DNA from: Auanema rhodensis
Lineage: Eukaryota; Animalia; Nematoda
Assembly (NCBI GenBank): GCA_964057225.1
Contig: CAXKVF010000084.1
Location: 186,001 to 250,000, forward strand
Reading direction: 5' to 3'
DNA length: 64,000 nt
Part shown: positions 59,401 through 64,000 of the stretch, piece by piece
Layout: each line of letters opens with the position of its first letter
How positions within the stretch are numbered: position 1 is the stretch's first letter
Notes under the pieces: model-generated
The model's input: only the letters and a program-made list of their open reading frames with translations
Told to the model about the DNA's origin: nothing
The model's database searches: none
Made by a program: the position numbers and the translations under genes

Positions 59401-62400
59401 TTAGACTAATATGGACATGGGGAATCTAATTTTGAAAACCGCATCTCTTCATCTTTCACGTGAAGCGAGTTACATACCAAGTGCACATCACGTGTACATT
59501 TAATTAGCATAAATTAAAGTTCACGTAAATTTCAAAGTCATGGTTACCATGCACCAATATCAATAAAAATCTGTTTTTAGACTAATATGGACATGGGAAA
59601 TCTAATTTTGAAAACCGCATCTCTTTATCTTTCACGTGAAGCGAGTTACATACCAAGTGCACATCACGTGTACATTTAATTAGCATAAATTAAAGTTCAC
59701 GTAAATTTCAAAGTCATGGTTACCATGCACCAATATCAATAAAAATTTGTTTTTAGACTAATATGGACATGGGGAATCTAATTTTGAAAACCGCATCTCT
59801 TCATCTTTCACGTGAAGCGAGTTACATACCAAGTGCACATCACGTGTACATTTAATTAGCATAAATTAAAGTTCACGTAAATTTCAAAGTCATGGTTACC
59901 ATGCACCAATATCAATAAAAATTTGTTTTTAGACTAATATGGACATGGGGAATCTAATTTTGAAAACCGCATCTCTTTATCTTTCACGTGAAGCGAGTTA
60001 CATACCAAGTGCACATCACGTGTACATTTAATTAGCATAAATTAAAGTTCACGTAAATTTCAAAGTCATGGTTACCATGAACCAATATCAATAAAAATTT
60101 GTTTTTAGACTAATATGGACATGGGGAATCTAATTTTGAAAACCGCATCTCTTTATCTTTCACGTGAAGCGAGTTACATACCAAGTGCACATCACGTGTA
60201 CATTTAATTAGCATAAATTAAAGTTCACGTAAATTTCAAAGTCATGGTTACCATGAACCAATATCAATAAAAATTTGTTTTTAGACTAATATGGACATGG
60301 GGAATCTAATTTTGAAAACCGCATCTCTTTATCTTTCACGTGAAGCGAGTTACATACCAAGTGCACATCACGTGTACATTTAATTAGCATAAATTAAAGT
60401 TCACGTAAATTTCAAAGTCATGGTTACCATGAACCAATATCAATAAAAATTTGTTTTTAGACTAATATGGACATGGGTAATCTAATTTTGAAAACCGCAT
60501 CTCTTTATCTTTCACGTGAAGCGAGTTACATACCAAGTGCACATCACGTGTACATTTAATTAGCATAAATTAAAGTTCACGTAAATTTCAAAGTCATGGT
60601 TACCATGAACCAATATCAATAAAAATTTGTTTTTAAACTAATATGGACATGGGGAATCTAATTTTGAAAACCGCATCTCTTTATCTTTCACGTGAACCGA
60701 GTTACATACCAAGTGCACATCACGTGTACATTTAATTAGCATAAATTAAAGTTCACGTAAATTTCAAAGTCATGGTTACCATGCACCAATATCAATAAAA
60801 ATTTGTTTTTAGACTAATATGGACATGGGGAATCTAATTTTGAAAACCGCATCTCTTTATCTTTCACGTGAAGCGAGTTACATACCAAGTGCACATCACG
60901 TGTACATTTAATTAGCATAAATTAAAGTTCACGTAAATTTCAAAGTCATGGTTACCATGAACCAATATCAATAAAAATTTGTTTTTAGACTAATATGGAC
61001 ATGGGGAATCTAATTTTGAAAACCGCATCTCTTTATCTTTCACGTGAAGCGAGTTACATACCAAGTGCACATCACGTGTACATTTAATTAGCATAAATTA
61101 AAGTTCACGTAAATTTCAAAGTCATGGTTACCATGAACCAATATCAATAAAAATTTGTTTTTAGACTAATATGGACATGGGGAATCTAATTTTGAAAACC
61201 GCATCTCTTTATCTTTCACGTGAAGCGAGTTACATACCAAGTGCACATCACGTGTACATTTAATTAGCATAAATTAAAGTTCACGTAAATTTCAAAGTCA
61301 TGGTTACCATGAACCAATATCAATAAAAATTTGTTTTTAGACTAATATGGACATGGGGAATCTAATTTTGAAAACCGCATCTCCTTATCTTTCACGTGAA
61401 GCGAGTTACATACTAAGTGCACATCACGTGTACATTTAATTAGCATAAATTAAAGTTCACGTAAATTTCAAAGTCATGGTTACCATGCACCAATATCAAT
61501 AAAAATTTGTTTTTAAACTAATATGGACATGGGGAATCTAATTTTGAAAACCGCATCTCTTTATCTTTCACGTGAAGCGAGTTACATACCAAGTGCACAT
61601 CACGTGTACATTTAATTAGCATAAATTAAAGTTCACGTAAATTTCAAAGTCATGGTTACCATGAACCAATATCAATAAAAATTTGTTTTTAGACTAATAT
61701 GGACATGGGGAATCTAATTTTGAAAACCGCATCTCTTTATCTTTCACGTGAAGCGAGTTACATACCAAGTGCACATCACGTGTACATTTAATTAGCATAA
61801 ATTAAAGTTCACGTAAATTTCAAAGTCATGGTTACCATGAACCAATATCAATAAAAATTTGTTTTTAGACTAATATGGACATGGGGAATCTAATTTTGAA
61901 AACCGCATCTCTTTATCTTTCACGTGAAGCGAGTTACATACCAAGTGCACATCTCGTGTACATTTAATTAGCATAAATTAAAGTTCACGTAAATTTCAAA
62001 GTCATGGTTACCATGAACCAATATCAATAAAAATTTGTTTTTAGACTAATATGGACATGGGGAATCTAATTTTGAAAACCGCATCTCTTTATCTTTCACG
62101 TGAAGCGAGTTACATACCAAGTGCACATCACGTGTACATTTAATTAGCATAAATTAAAGTTCACGTAAATTTCAAAGTCATGGTTACCATGAACCAATAT
62201 CAATAAAAATTTGTTTTTAGACTAATATGGACATGGGGAATCTAATTTTGAAAACCGCATCTCTTTATCTTTCACGTGAAGCGAGTTACATACCAAGTGC
62301 ACATCACGTGTACATTTAATTAGCATAAATTAAAGTTCACGTAAATTTCAAAGTCATGGTTACCATGAACCAATATCAATAAAAATTTGTTTTTAGACTA

Positions 62401-63179
62401 ATATGGACATGGGGAATCTAATTTTGAAAACCGCATCTCCTTATCTTTCACGTGAAGCGAGTTACATACTAAGTGCACATCACGTGTACATTTAATTAGC
62501 ATAAATTAAAGTTCACGTAAATTTCAAAGTCATGGTTACCATGCACCAATATCAATAAAAATTTGTTTTTAAACTAATATGGACATGGGGAATCTAATTT
62601 TGAAAACCGCATCTCTTTATCTTTCACGTGAAGCGAGTTACATACCAAGTGCACATCACGTGTACATTTAATTAGCATAAATTAAAGTTCACGTAAATTT
62701 CAAAGTCATGGTTACCATGAACCAATATCAATAAAAATTTGTTTTTAGACTAATATGGACATGGGGAATCTAATTTTGAAAACCGCATCTCTTTATCTTT
62801 CACGTGAAGCGAGTTACATACCAAGTGCACATCACGTGTACATTTAATTAGCATAAATTAAAGTTCACGTAAATTTCAAAGTCATGGTTACCATGCACCA
62901 ATATCAATAAAAATTTGTTTTTAAACTAATATGGACATGGGGAATCTAATTTTGAAAACCGCATCTCTTTATCTTTCACGTGAACCGAGTTACATACCAA
63001 GTGCACATCACGTGTACATTTAATTAGCATAAATTAAAGTTCACGTAAATTTCAAAGTCATGGTTACCATGCACCAATATCAATAAAAATTTGTTTTTAG
63101 ACTAATATGGACATGGGGAATCTAATTTTGAAAACCGCATCTCTTTATCTTTCACGTGAAGCGAGTTACATACCAAGTG
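56492..63179 (+). repeat. Block of about 16 monomers repeated at a 22-monomer (3872-bp) offset
   Basis: GGGTAATC (56492/60364), TTTAAACT+GAACCGAG (56668/60540 and 58956/62828), CTCCTTA+TACTAAG (57372/61244 and 58428/62300) and ATCTCGTG (58076/61948). Confidence 0.9.
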
Positions 63180-64000
63180 CACATCACGTGTACATTTAAT
63201 TAGCATAAATTAAAGTTCACGTAAATTTCAAAGTCATGGTTACCATGAACCAATATCAATAAAAATTTGTTTTTAGACTAATATGGACATGGGGAATCTA
63301 ATTTTGAAAACCGCATCTCTTTATCTTTCACGTGAAGCGAGTTACATACCAAGTGCACATCACGTGTACATTTAATTAGCATAAATTAAAGTTCACGTAA
63401 ATTTCAAAGTCATGGTTACCATGAACCAATATCAATAAAAATTTGTTTTTAGACTAATATGGACATGGGGAATCTAATTTTGAAAACCGCATCTCTTTAT
63501 CTTTCACGTGAAGCGAGTTACATACCAAGTGCACATCACGTGTACATTTAATTAGCATAAATTAAAGTTCACGTAAATTTCAAAGTCATGGTTACCATGA
63601 ACCAATATCAATAAAAATTTGTTTTTAGACTAATATGGACATGGGGAATCTAATTTTGAAAACCGCATCTCTTTATCTTTCACGTGAAGCGAGTTACATA
63701 CCAAGTGCACATCACGTGTACATTTAATTAGCATAAATTAAAGTTCACGTAAATTTCAAAGTCATGGTTACCATGAACCAATATCAATAAAAATTTGTTT
63801 TTGGACTAATATGGACATGGGGAATCTAATTTTGAAAACCGCATCTCCTTATCTTTCACGTGAAGCGAGTTACATACCAAGTGCACATCACGTGTACATT
63901 TAATTAGCATAAATTAAAGTTCACGTAAATTTCAAAGTCATGGTTACCATGCACCAATATCAATAAAAATTTGTTTTTAAACTAATATGGACATGGGGAA

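Larger units (their letters stand above)
1..64000. repeat. 176-bp tandem satellite array, about 363.7 copies, candidate centromeric/heterochromatic satellite
   Basis: Consensus CACATCACGTGTACATTTAATTAGCATAAATTAAAGTTCACGTAAATTTCAAAGTCATGGTTACCATGAACCAATATCAATAAAAATTTGTTTTTAGACTAATATGGACATGGGGAATCTAATTTTGAAAACCGCATCTCTTTATCTTTCACGTGAAGCGAGTTACATACCAAGTG recurs at 1, 177, 353, and so on. The 60-nt line pattern repeats every 2640 bp (15x176). Phase shifts by 1 bp only near 19851, 48665, 50248, 51127 and 53062. The last monomer starts at 63884. The centromeric role is inferred from monomer size and homogeneity only. Confidence 0.99.

Noticed and set aside
1-64000. CRISPR array or other repeat-spacer system
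   Set aside because: There are no unique spacers: the entire 176-bp unit repeats. No cas or other genes are present.
1-64000. Encoded information in the order of AACC/CACC/AAGC monomer tags
   Set aside because: The order is adequately explained by nested tandem duplications traced with independent rare variants.

Overview
The whole 64 kb is one uninterrupted, head-to-tail, single-orientation satellite array of a 176-bp AT-rich monomer (about 32% GC). It holds 363 complete monomers plus a 117-bp partial copy (63884-64000). Most copies differ from the consensus by only 0-3 substitutions. I see no genes, RNA genes, transposons, inversions or unique sequence, and the two 60-aa ORFs are chance read-throughs from one point variant. 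Monomer size and homogeneity suggest a eukaryotic centromeric or heterochromatic satellite, but I do not recognise the family or species. The non-obvious signals are: (i) the monomer looks like a degenerate palindrome, two inverted 88-bp halves on a shared dyad axis; (ii) three TCACGT cores, two of them full CACGTG E-/G-boxes, sit 32-33 bp apart across each monomer junction; (iii) length is almost invariant, with only two independent 1-bp deletions; and (iv) rare variants record nested local duplications with periods of 1, 2, 3, 4, 5, 6, 9, 12, 22 and 33-35 monomers rather than one fixed higher-order repeat. All counts were made by eye and need confirming by alignment.
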